Assembly (NCBI GenBank): GCA_002633005.1
Contig: NMRA01000001.1
Location: 1,814,952-1,878,951, forward strand
DNA: 64,000 bases
Reading direction: 5' to 3'
From: Phoronis australis
Taxonomy: Eukaryota > Animalia > Phoronida
Shown piece by piece: positions 1-12,300 of the stretch. The notes beneath the pieces were generated by a model that saw only the letters and a program-made list of their open reading frames with translations, did not search any database and had not been told where the DNA came from. A program made the translations under genes and the position numbers. The number at the start of each line of letters is the position of its first letter. Position 1 is the first letter of the stretch.

Positions 1-80
1 AAAAAAAAAAAAAAAAAAAAAAAAAACAAACTTAGTGGAAGAGCAACATACTTGGCGAAATTTATTTCGCCAAGTAATGA
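1..80 (-). mobile_element. Terminus of a HINE-like element (hairpin + homopolymer)
   Basis: Perfect 13-bp inverted repeat tacttggcgaaat/atttcgccaagta (49-76) next to a 26-nt A-run at the window edge. Confidence 0.45.
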
Positions 81-309
81 AAGGGAAGATGTGCCCTGAT
101 TTTTGCCTTACCAAATCTATTGTGTTCATAATTCTCTAAGGAGGTGCTCTGTACTTTTCAACACCTCCTCCAGTAAGCTTTAAGATTGTTACCTCAAGGG
201 AGCTACTGTGAGATGTGACTTTTGCAATAATTGATATGGTGTTAGATGACACTTAGTAATCTATGAGTCGGTTTATAGTTTATGAGTGCATGTTTCCATC
301 TTGTGACAG

Positions 310-3300
310 GGATGTGTTCAGTGCCCAGACTGTGGTCATGGAGACGGACAAGTCACAGTTGATTGAGACATTCACAGAACAGAGACAAGACGTGAGTATA
401 GAGCAGAGAGGCATTCTTTTTCATAAAGAATTTTCTGTTGTACCAGTAAGAAGACAATTATTTGTGACAACCACAGGTGAGGTGAAAAAAGACATCTTAA
501 GTGCATCAAATTCATGAAATACTGTATTTGAAGGTTTTTATAGATTGAAATGGTATACTAAAGTGTTGTTCATTCATGATGTGACAACGTTAATTATAAG
601 AACTGCTCGGTTGTCACTTCAAACTATGATTGCTGCTTTTGTATGAGGTACGTTGTAGTATGTTGTGAACACGATATCAACTGTTACCTTGTTCAACTTG
701 GTAAAAAAAGGTTCGCCATGTCTCAGTTATTCTGTCATAGTTATTCTGTTTCTTTGTTTGCACGCTACAGATGGCATTTTTATTTGATGTAAGTGAAATT
801 TACACGACATGGCTAGTCAGGCCCATTGTTTTTGGTTGAAATCGGGTGCAAGGTAGTGCTGTGGTAGTCATTTTGGTTGAAATCTGGTGCAAGTGGTGCT
901 GTGGTAGCCATTTTGGTTGAAATCGGGTGCAAGATGGTGCTGTGGTAGCCATTTTTCGCATTGTTGTATTTAGCCATTAAGCTTCACTGTCCTTTGAGGG
1001 ATCTTTCTAAATTTTGTTATGTAGCCAGATCTCGTTGAGGGCTTTCTGGAGTTTGCTATCTGTTTTTCGTGACAACATATGTAACAGGGCAATATTTCTT
1101 AATGATTTTTGTCATCATCACCATCGTCATCATCGTCATAGTGTTTCATTCAATTTTGCTAAGTGTCTCCGTCTTAGTAATATGCGCGTTCTTAAGATTA
1201 TAGTTCTGTAAGTTGGAGACTTTTCAAATTAGTGCTCTCTAGAGTAATGAGAGCGAGAAACCGACTTCCGCTTGATTCCTACTCAGATTTGGTAGACAGA
1301 AATTCACTGCTACTTAAAATAGAGGAATAAATCTCATTGTCAATTAACCCCTTCTATTGTTTGATTAAGTTAAGTTCGCTTAATTTATTTTAGCTTTTTT
1401 ACTTTGGCTAAGATTGAAGTGTACCGCTTAATCGGTCACAGTCACCGACAATGCAGCTGAGGATTTTTCGTCGCAATGTGAAATGTATGGGACATGATGT
1501 CCTTCATCCACGAATATTTCAAGAGATTTGCCTTTTTACTTAAGCCATTAGTATACCCCACCACACATCAGTGAAAATTCACCGGCATCAAGTTATGATA
1601 GCGGCAAAGGTGTTAAAACTTTTTATGCCGGTGGGCTGAAACCTCCCACCTACTTACATGGATCTGCAGGTGGTGCTGAATGCCTGTTCAGCAAAGACGT
1701 GATCGCCAACTAACGGGATAGTGAATGTCAACATGGTATGGCTATTTCGAAAGTCAGCTGTTTACTTCCTGTATTCTGTTGGCTGAGCTAGCCCACTCAT
1801 AAAATTATGACTAACAGAAAATATTATTCATTTTGGTACTGAGTAAACCAATTGACCTGAGGGATATTAAGCTAAGCAAAGCTCAGAAATTTATGGCTTT
1901 CTGATGCCAGGCGAGTCATGAGCCATGAAGTGTGAATCCACACTGACATTTTAGTTGCTAAGTTGCTAATTTGCCTCCTCAGTGACTTTGACGAGAGTAT
2001 GGTAGGTCCGTAATGAAATTTTCATGACTTGTGTATTTTTAACGTGCATTTTCTGATTCCTCAAGTTGNNNNNNNNNNNNNNNNNNNNNNNNNNNNNNNN
2101 NNNNNNNNNNNNNNNNNNNNNNNNNNNNNNNNNNNNNNNNNNNNNNNNNNNNNGTAAGTGCCCCCTCACCCCCCCCCCCCCCACCCCTACGATACTGTGT
2201 ATTCTATGATAAAGGAGACAAAGCTGAAGGTCACCGTGGGAAGGGGCAAAGCTGACAGTGACAAGGAGGTCCACAGAGAACCTAGTGACCACTGGAACAG
2301 AAGAATGCTGTCCCTCTAGAGCATTCAAGTTTTGTTCCATCCCCCATTGTTAACCTTCCTATGCCTGTAGCTATGATTCTTAGTAACTCAAGTACAGGTA
2401 TCTGCTTGCGAGCTCCTAATCACCTTGCACTCAGACAATGTTCAGGGAACAGAACTTGCAGCAACCTTTGAACTTTGGGTCAGTGGACTTCAATTTTGAA
2501 ATCCATATTTTCTGACTGTGAGTGCCTGTTGTTTGGCTAAGCACCCAATCCACAGAGGGGTGACTTTTTCATGACCAGTTTCTCTACGAAAGGATGCTTT
2601 TTCTGCCAAAGTGCTAAGAAAAGGGTCCCTTTTCTCTTCATAAGTTTGAAACTTTACAAAAGGTTCCTTTTTCAAACTACACAAAACTACAAAAGGGTTT
2701 TCAATGTTATCTGTAATCTAAAAACTTTTGTTGGAAATGATGTAGACATTTTTGACCGGGCACACTTTCTTTTTGTATTGTTTCTGGCTTAATGGAATAA
2801 AAATTCAGCTGTCCAAGAATTCCTCCAAAAGGATAACATTTTTGGAATTAACCCCTTTAAAGGGTGATGTTTCTAAAATCCTACAAAAGGGTGACTTTTT
2901 CATGGACAAATGGTTCGCCTTTTTCGAGTCCATTGTCTAAGTGGGTGGGTATACTAATTTTCTGGCTGCACTACCTGTCAAAAATATATTTGAGGATCCC
3001 TATTTTCTTTTAGTACCCTCCTTGAATATGGCTGAATTATCAGAAAGTATGGTGAACTTTTGATTGTCAAGTCTGATATGCACATTGTTCTGGAAATCCA
3101 ATATATGCAATTATTTTGGGGTGCTGTTTCTATTGTATCTGTCCCTGAGTACTGATTATAGTGCCATGTCCAAGTAAAAAGTGCTGCAAATAATCCAAGC
3201 AGCTTTTTAAAGCAAGTTTGTCCTTTCTAAAGAAAAGTGTTTGCGTTGGGATGCAACTTTGCTGGGATTTTGACTTCAAAAATTTTGCGGAATTAACCCT

Positions 3301-6300
3301 GTGGAAATTTTTTCATGAGGTGACATTTGTTTACTCGGTAAAAATTCCAAGCCAAGCTGCTCTTGTCCAATGGCAGTATTGCAGCCTGTGTTCTGACACT
3401 TTTAATCTATAGATATCTCTTAAGACTTGCTTGCCAGATAGAGGTTATTGAACGTGCTGGTATTGTTGATTTCTGGATGTGATTCCTGTAAAAAAAAAAT
3501 GCGCGCAAAATTTCTAAGATTGTGAAGTACATCAAAACGTTAGTAATACCTGAATGTTCTGTGTTCCTGTTTTGTCACTTGCTAAAAATCATCAAGCAGA
3601 ATGTTTTTGTTACCCACTAGACAGTTTGCAGAAGTAGGTTAGGTTAATGGCCTGTCTATCAACTCTTCATTGAATCCTATATAAGTTGTAAAGTTCATGA
3701 TCTCTAATAAAAAGAACAGTTTTTTATTAGTCGTTTGTAAATTATATAAAATGGCCTATCTGTTTTGTCATTGGCCTTATGGGTGGAACTGGGTTATGCT
3801 GGCCAAAAGCATTTTGTTGTAACGTCTGAGTATTATTCTTTCACTGAATTTAAAAAAAAACAGCACAGACTTTTGAGCGTTTATTAGATTTTAAGCAATA
3901 CAAGAGCTTGTGATTAAAATCCAATTTTGATTAAAGGGGCGTTAAAGCTAGCATCTTCTGTCACAACAACAACTTTTGACTTAGGAATCATGCCATTGTA
4001 AAACCAGTCTGGTCTTTGTTGTTAGTCAGATTGGAAATGATTTCTCAGCCTGCTTATTAATGACAGTTCCTGATGGCTAATCAGACCATGCTCTTGAAGT
4101 GCTGACACGCAGTGACTTAGTTTGAGCCATCCAAGCTGTTTAGTCCTCAGGACATTTCCAATTTATTGGGAACAGCTTTAATTTGATGACATCACTTCGG
4201 AAGAGCAAATAGGCCTGTGAGGAAAGTGGTTTTAGTCATGGTTTATAAAGGCTTTCAATAAGATGTGTCTCTATTCTTATGTTTTGCAATGGCAAACTGT
4301 TGTGAGGTACTACAATTGTCTGATTAAAAACTGGACGATTGCCGCACAAATAAAAGTTCATGTTATTTGTGCGGCGATCATCCGGTTTTTAATCTTACTG
4401 TAGCCAAAAGCTGATTTGATTATAATTGTCTGACAATTTGCTCACAGCTTCTAACATGCTAGGTCTTGGTCTGGTATTCATGCCTTCCACAACCTTACTT
4501 ATTAAATAAATGTAAACATTTATAAACTTGATGGGAATGCAAAACCAACCATCTTATCGCATATGTGTAAATTTGTGTTTGTTTTTAAGTCACTGGTGGA
4601 ATGGTTAGTCTCCATTATTTTCACGTGTTCATCTTGTTTGTAGCAAACGTTTCCTTCTTCTGAGATAAAGAATGGCAGTTACGTGGCATTGGATCAACCC
4701 GACAATGATTTGGATAAATTTGAACAGTGCGAATCTCCAGGTATTTATATCTTTGTCGCTGATAAAAAGTCCAAAATAGTTTTCTATCTATTTATTTGGG
4801 TAACTTAAAGGGAAAGCAGATCCCTGGTTATTTTGGAAAGACATTTTTCCGTGTTGATGGGAGGTCATCATCTCTACTGCCAAAAAACTAATTTTGGGGT
4901 TATTGTTGGATGGGATATACTTTTAAAGGCATTAGATTTGAGCTGGAGCTGTAAAACAACAAAATCTGTTTTTTTGTGATTTTATTTTAGATCACCAATT
5001 ATCGCCCCTATTTCTTAGTCGTTAGCTGAAGTCAAGGCCGCGCCACTGTCTTTAACAGTTTGGTACGCTTATTAATTTGCCCTAATTATTTTTGTTGAGC
5101 AAGATTACATTAAGCTAGCAAAGCATTTGGCTGTGACCAGTTCGAATCTGTGTTGTGACTGTTCCCATAAAATTAGATTTCTCACCGATGATGTCCCTTT
5201 CCTTACTTTTTCCCTTGATGTGCATGCTGTTTCATGAAACTAAACACAAATGACCCCGCAAAGGGTGCGCATCTTGTTAGCCTGCATTACTACCAGGATT
5301 GTGAGATAGGGACTAGTGCATTTGCTTGTGATAAAGTAGGACAATTAGAGCTCTGTGTTTAGATGTTGATGTTGAATTCCTAAGGGAAAGGTTTTGAGTT
5401 TGAAAACATTATCACACGCTCGCGCTCGTCTGATCTTGAGTTATTGCTGGCAACTCAAGTCGCAGGCAATGCATACATGCACCATTTTGAAATGTGGAAA
5501 CTCTGAAGCATGTTCTTGAGTTTTGATTGTTTCGATGTAATTCTTGTGGTAACAAAAACATTGAGACCAATGTTATGAGAGTAAAAGGCTTAATTCGATT
5601 TTCATTTTTAAGCAACTGAACAGGGTGAAATACGGGACTTAACACGTGTTGCATTATGGGTAGATGCCATAAAATGAGAGTGGTGCTGTACAATTTCGGG
5701 ACGGGCCTGGAGATATCAGTTTTGTGCAACAGGTATTTACTAAAAGAGATTGCACATTTTCAAAATATTGTGTGCATGAAATTTGACTTATCCATTTCAA
5801 ATTGCAATGTTTTGGATTTAGGCACATGGTTGTATATAAGCGTATAGGGTTAGCCGTTGATAACATTTGGCGACTGAGACTTTCAAGTGTTCTAATTGCT
5901 TGCACATTTACATTTGTAGATTCTGCATTAACTGATGATGATTTTAAGTCGGGCTCGGGGCTGGTTGATAATGAGGGTGGCATTGGCGATGATGCGGAGT
6001 ATATCAGTATTTCCGAGAAGGACTACATTTGTGAGAACAGGGACTCTCTCAAAGTGATCACGTGGTTAAAACCCCCTCCTAAGGAAGGTCTGGTAAGAGA
6101 AACATTGATAAATATGTGCAGGTTTTGTAATGCTCTGACTCACTGATATACATAGGGTAAGAGAAACATTGATAAATATGCGCAGGTTTTGTAACTTGCT
6201 CTGACTCACTGATATACATAGGGCCTTGTTACACTCAATTTTTCTCCACAACTGAAAAGCCAAAAGTGCAAATGCACTTGCAGTTGGACTACACACTTAT

Positions 6301-9300
6301 TCGCAGGAGTGCAGAAAAACAATGCCTGTTCAACTTTTTTAGTCTGTGACTGCTTGTTATTCACCAAAAGCATTAACAAGTTGAACCCAGCAATGTTCAC
6401 ACTTGAAAACCCAAGCCCCTTTCAAAAGTTTTGGGGGAAGGCATTCAAACATGTCACAAGTTCTGGCAAACAGGTGGCGGTAGCACATTCAAATTGTTGG
6501 TGACGAACACTTACATGTTTTTGGCTAAAGTTGCCCATTTCTGCCAGCCCCCACCCTTGTCCATCAAGATATTAGAATTTTAGGACGTGCTCTAAGGTTT
6601 TAAGAACGAGTCGTTTGTGACAGGGCAGCTCATATGCGCAACATAATATTACATTACAATTTTACATAGAATGTATGTGGACGACTTACCTGTCTTATAG
6701 CATGGTTTTCATTGCAAAGAACTTGAACAACAACATCATAATTTTTATGGCAAATGTTATGATTATAATTGTTATTGTTATTATCAATCCTGATTGGTGG
6801 TTACTTATTTCTAACATGGCACTGTTTACAGTTTCTTTTTACTCTAACTTCATGTCTATGTGTAGTAGGAATATTAATGGGCAGCTAAAGGTTCAAAGTA
6901 ATCACAGTCAGCAAACAGACAGGTTAACTGTCACACAGACATGTTAGTTTTGACAAACAGGCAAGTTATTTAGAAAACAAACACTTATATGCTCCAAATA
7001 GAGGTTAGGAAAGCTATTTAGACATCTTTATGGCTATAATCTTTCACCTAGAACCTTTTGTGAGGTGAAGAGTTTCATTTGCAGTTAGTGCTGTGTAATG
7101 GATTCAGTATCAGTAAAGCACTCATGTTAAATGATTGTTACACATAATTCATGACTTTGTTTGTATTTAGGCAATCTCTGACTTTAATTCCCACAAAGCT
7201 CAGTGCAGAGAGCAACCAAGGGAACTGATTGCACTAACGTGAATTGCACTGGTTCGCAATCAAAGTGGTTTCTAAGCTGTTAGCTAGTGGCTAGTGCGGT
7301 ACTTATACCCACAAGCTATTGTGCACACGCATTATTTATTATGCGAACCCTTGCTGTCTCTAGAGTTTTTAAACTTTGTTCGCCAATTAGATAAATAGCC
7401 TCTACGCTAGCGCTAGCGTTGTAATAGTAGATCACTGATACTGATGTCTTGGTAGCGATCGTCACTCGAGCAGTTGTCTGGCGGAGTACCACAACACAAG
7501 CAAGGCGCGATAATGGATAATATAGTGAGTGACATTAGGATTGGAAGTGGACATTAGGAAGCTGAGAGCTGTCTTTGACATGTGCCTGGTTGATAGGCTT
7601 GGTGATATAGTTCAGTTTGACTTTCTGTTGCTTATTATTTCAATTTAAAATTTGCATGCGTGTAGATAGATAATTTTAGACGCGAGACAAAAGTTGAGAA
7701 AAAGGAAACAAATTTATATAGTAAGCATTTTTCGATTTTCTAAAAAAACTCATTTTTCGTTTTATTCGTTCCGAAATTTGCTGTCAATGAACGTCCAAAT
7801 AAAGTCATCAGTGTAGAAAGTTCAAGCATTATAGCTGATTATTATAGTTTGTTTTTGAGACTAGGCTAATACACATCATTCAGGTATAATTTCACCTTTA
7901 CATAAAAAATTGCCACAAACTTAGTTAAAAACACTGGCACACATTTGAAGTTCATTTGCATTAGATTTCAAATTCTGCGATTTTGTCAAAATTGAAAAAT
8001 ACATTGCTGAGAAGTAAAACCACAACTATGAAATCATGATCTGAGATAGACTCTTTTGAAGTTTTGCAATCATCGGTTGCTGTACTTGGTTTATTTTTGC
8101 TGAAAATCTATGTTTGTGGTTTTACTGAACTTGGAGGTCAGGGGCCTGTTCCAAGAAAACTAACTTGGCTAAGACAAATGTTAAGTTTAACTCAATTTTA
8201 ATAATTAAGATAAAACTTCATTTTCTCTTAGATCCATTCTAAGACAGTAATCTTAAGTTGGACGTAAGTTTTTGTCTTAAGATCGATTAACTTAGCAGAT
8301 GTGGAAGTTTCAAAGTTTGGAAGTTGAGACAAATTGTAGAAAATCAAAAATGAAGTTGTCAGTTTCTGGGAACAAGCCAAAGAATTGCTTGAATACCAGT
8401 ACTGCAACAATTTGAAGTTTCTCTTGAACTTTCAGTATATCCCTGAGCCTAAACCTGATGACTGATGCTTTAGCCAATTAATGGTTTATTCTGGGTTTTG
8501 GAGTCTGCTACCATTCTTGTGTCTTGTACAGTGCTGTAGAGTAAAGGGTCTTCAAATATGAGACCAAAGCAACTTTGCAATTCTCAAATGACTTAACCAT
8601 TTTTCACAGCACTGTAAATGTAGAATCAAAGGCTAAGGCAACACAAAAAATTCAAGAGTCGAATATCCAAAATTCAGCATTAGTATTGTATTTAAAACCT
8701 CGAGATTATTAGGGTTATATCTCACATAAAGAATTACCAAAACTGCCTGTTTTACATTTTGCAAAAACTTCTAAGTGTTGTAAATATAGAAATTTCTCAA
8801 AACATTATAGAACCTAGAAGTGATGAAGCATTTATTTTTAATGCAACTAATGAGCTTTTAAGGAAAAAGATGAGAATTAAAATTCCAATTGTCTGCCTTC
8901 TTATTCCCCTAATGACCCACCTCTGTTTAGAAGTAGGTCTAATCATTGCATTTATTGTATACCTTCCCTGCTTAATTAAAGACCCATGCAGTGCTAAATG
9001 CAGTTGGCAAACTTCAAATTGAGTAATCTGAGTTAGGGCATATGAATTTTGCCCTTGAAGGAATCTGTGAACTCCATTCGGTCCATGGTGTTATCCAGCG
9101 TAATTGGGAATGAATAACTCGTCATATCAAGGAGCAAAACATGAACCAGCACTGTTAGAATGAATTTCACAGGTGACCCTGCATGAGGCCTTTTAGGTGC
9201 TGGTTATGTCATGAAATATACATGATTTAGGTGAAGGTGTGTTTAAAGGTCATAAAGTGATCTTGCATTACTTAGGAAGTTGCCGTGAGAGTACCAACCA

Positions 9301-12300
9301 TTGTTCTTGGGTTCTATTAAAATTATCAGCGAGTCCTTGAACTTAGCTAAATATGTAGAAATCCAGCGACTTTGATTTGGTCAAAATACATATTTTCTGA
9401 AAGTAGAAATCACGTGACATTTTATTCTGAACTTTTGTCAATCTGCCATTGGTTGGGTGATGTGAACATGTCGTGTTACCAAAATTAGAAATTGCAAAAC
9501 AACATCAAGAAAATCGGCAGGTTGTCATTTGCACATTGGCCAAAATCCTAGGTGGACGCAAAATTTATAGTTGCCAACTTTCAAGAACGAAACCCAGTTT
9601 AAAGAAGTAGGAAATTTCGATGGGAAGCAGCCAGCCAAATTAGACAAATCTTTATCTACATACCACAATCAATATCATCTATATACCACTGGTTACCAAA
9701 GTTTCCTGGTGCTGTTTTTTGCTCTAAAGAAATACCCCGTGTCCGAAAACAACCACACGAGTTGCGTGCATACGCGGTCATGCTCTGATGGACAGAAGTG
9801 AATGGTTTGGCTCGCATGATTTGAAATTCCCAAGTTGACTTAAGCGAGTTGGCCAAAATCGCAGTTTGCATGTCTAAATTTCAGCTTACAAATGTGACTC
9901 GTAGCTCTTTATATCAAGCCCTACCGATATACAGGGTGTGGCAAAATGATCTGACCCTTGGAATACTTCTGATCAAATTTTCTAGTGACCTCCTGCTTGT
10001 TCAGTTGTAGCAGCACAGCTGGGACTGACCAGAATATTGCAGCATTTTGGTGAAAAATAGACATCATGTTTCTGAAAGTTTCATTTGAATATATTAGTTA
10101 TTTCTGAGACATGATGGTTACTCATGCCTTTCAAGCTAAGAATTGGAATATACTCATTTTCAGTCGTAATAACAATTATTTCAAAATAGGGTTTAGACAT
10201 GTTTTGTTCATCGCGTGCTTGTTCGTCAAAGGCACTGAGTACAGTTTGTGCCAATATTAAATAAAACATTTGTAAATATTTTATGATCACGCTACTGTTT
10301 GGCAAAGTGAACTGTTTCTCAGAATTGTGTGTCCAAATTAAAAAATTATGTTCCATGCTCTGTTGTGGCAAGCTGAGGAAGTGAAAAATGTTAACTGATA
10401 AACATATTAGTGTGTTAAGTTAATTAACATTTAATGTTGTCATTTCATCCGCGCAGGATTGTGAAATGTCACTGTTACCCTCTGGTGAATTAAAAAATCA
10501 AATTTAAAATGAAAACTAGAACAATTGCCCTCTGAAAGCGATCTCAAAATGGTCAATTACCATACAAACTGAGTCAAAACAAAACGTTTGACTGTCTCAG
10601 TTCAGCTGGAGAGTTATTTTTCTATTCCATCTTAATAGGCCCGTTCGTGCGAGTGGGCAATATTTTGTGGAATTGGGAATGTGGAAGTGTAAAGTGCAAA
10701 AGTACCGCAGTCCACGTTTCACCAGATTTTGTAGAATTAATTGTGGAAAGTGCTCATTTTTAATCAGAATAATACGTCTTATTTTTGATAGCCCCTTGTG
10801 CAAAAGTGAAACATTTCAAAAATTACCCCTAACAGTGTTTTGGAGGGCAGTTCATGAAAGGTAGTGTCTGAAAGTTTTGTATGAATCTGATTGGCCATTT
10901 CCGAGATGTTACTTTTGTCAAATTTAGACATTTTCCAGGATTCTACTGACTTTGTAGATTTAGTAAGTGGACTTGCTCAAAAGTTACATTTTTGACTGAA
11001 TGCCCATGTTTATTGCCCCATAAAACTTTAATGGCAGTCTGTGATTTGTACTGTACTATGAAAGCAATTAAAAATCAAATAATTTGGTGTGATTGTGCTG
11101 TTTCTTGCCATTTAGAAAGCATTGTTTTCTGATGGTAGAGAGGCAATGCTGCAGACCATGAGACAGTGCTCTGTAGACCATGCATCAGTGCAACTCTAAT
11201 CAGATATATTCACTGGGTTTTTTATGAATATTTTGTAAACCACATACCTTATTGTTTAATCATTTTAGACAAATCTGTGTGAAATTTACCATGAAATCAC
11301 AAAATCGTGTGATGAGTACCACTATAAATAGTTAATTCCCTTTGGAATTGATGGCATTACCACAGTTCTGTTTGCCAACAAATTCAATTAACCGCACAGC
11401 AATTGTTACAGTGAGTATCTGTAAATATCAACTGGAGACTTCAATTGGCAGATTAGTTGGAACAAAACTGTGCCTTTTGCACACATACAGTTAAACTAGA
11501 GACACCCTGCAGAGTTGAGATGACGGTAAATGCGCAGCGATTGAACAATGCAAATAAGTCTGCTGCTGCTAAGAGCCGCGATAAACCATTTTCTGGTCTT
11601 AAAAACGTCAGCTTTCTTCAATGGCAAATTTGTTCTAATTTCCAGAGCAACACTGGCATCTTAATGGGCTAACGGTCTGAATGAACAAGGCTCTGTCAGT
11701 TTTTCTCAGGTTTTGGAATCATTTCTAACCTGAGTAAAATACAGATGAGACTGGTTTTATATAGGGTATATCAAGAATCGTTTTTTGACAGAAATGGTCT
11801 ATGTGGAAGTCTTTGGTCAACTGCTTGAGGATTTGTCTTTACCCAACTTATGTTGTTCCTCTTCAAAATTAGGCAATGTTCGCTCACTGATTTACATTCA
11901 TTTTACAGTCTACAATAGCACCAGTTCCGTAATTGTTATCGTCGTCTGTTATTTTATCTATAATTGTCCATTGTTATGTAATTGAGAAAAAGTTTAGGGA
12001 TGTGCTGGTGAAGCTAATTTGCAGTAGAATAGAGATTATAGAATAGCTTTTTTATGAAGTTTATACAGATACACACAATGGTTATATAGCAATTAGTGCA
12101 TGAAATGAAAGGTAGTTCTCAAACAGCAGTTGTGCTCATGTTGTTACTGCGAAGGTTACAACTGTATTAGAGATCGTCCCTAAAGTAGACATTTTTAAAT
12201 TCCTACAAAAGTCTAGGTGTGGGGCGAGTGGATGCACCATTTTGACTGTTCAGTGGAAGTGTTAGGAGTAAGGTCAATATTCAGGAAATACTGCAGGGCT

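Noticed and set aside
830-955. Short repeats as a CRISPR array
   Set aside because: Head-to-tail copies without unique spacers, in a eukaryotic intron, with no cas genes
2060-2160. Hidden exon in the N gap (GTAAGT follows the gap)
   Set aside because: GTAAGT is followed by a C-run typical of the local MITE ends; gap content cannot be read
5110-5160. tRNA gene or tRNA-SINE (gttcgaatc B-box-like)
   Set aside because: No convincing A box or cloverleaf
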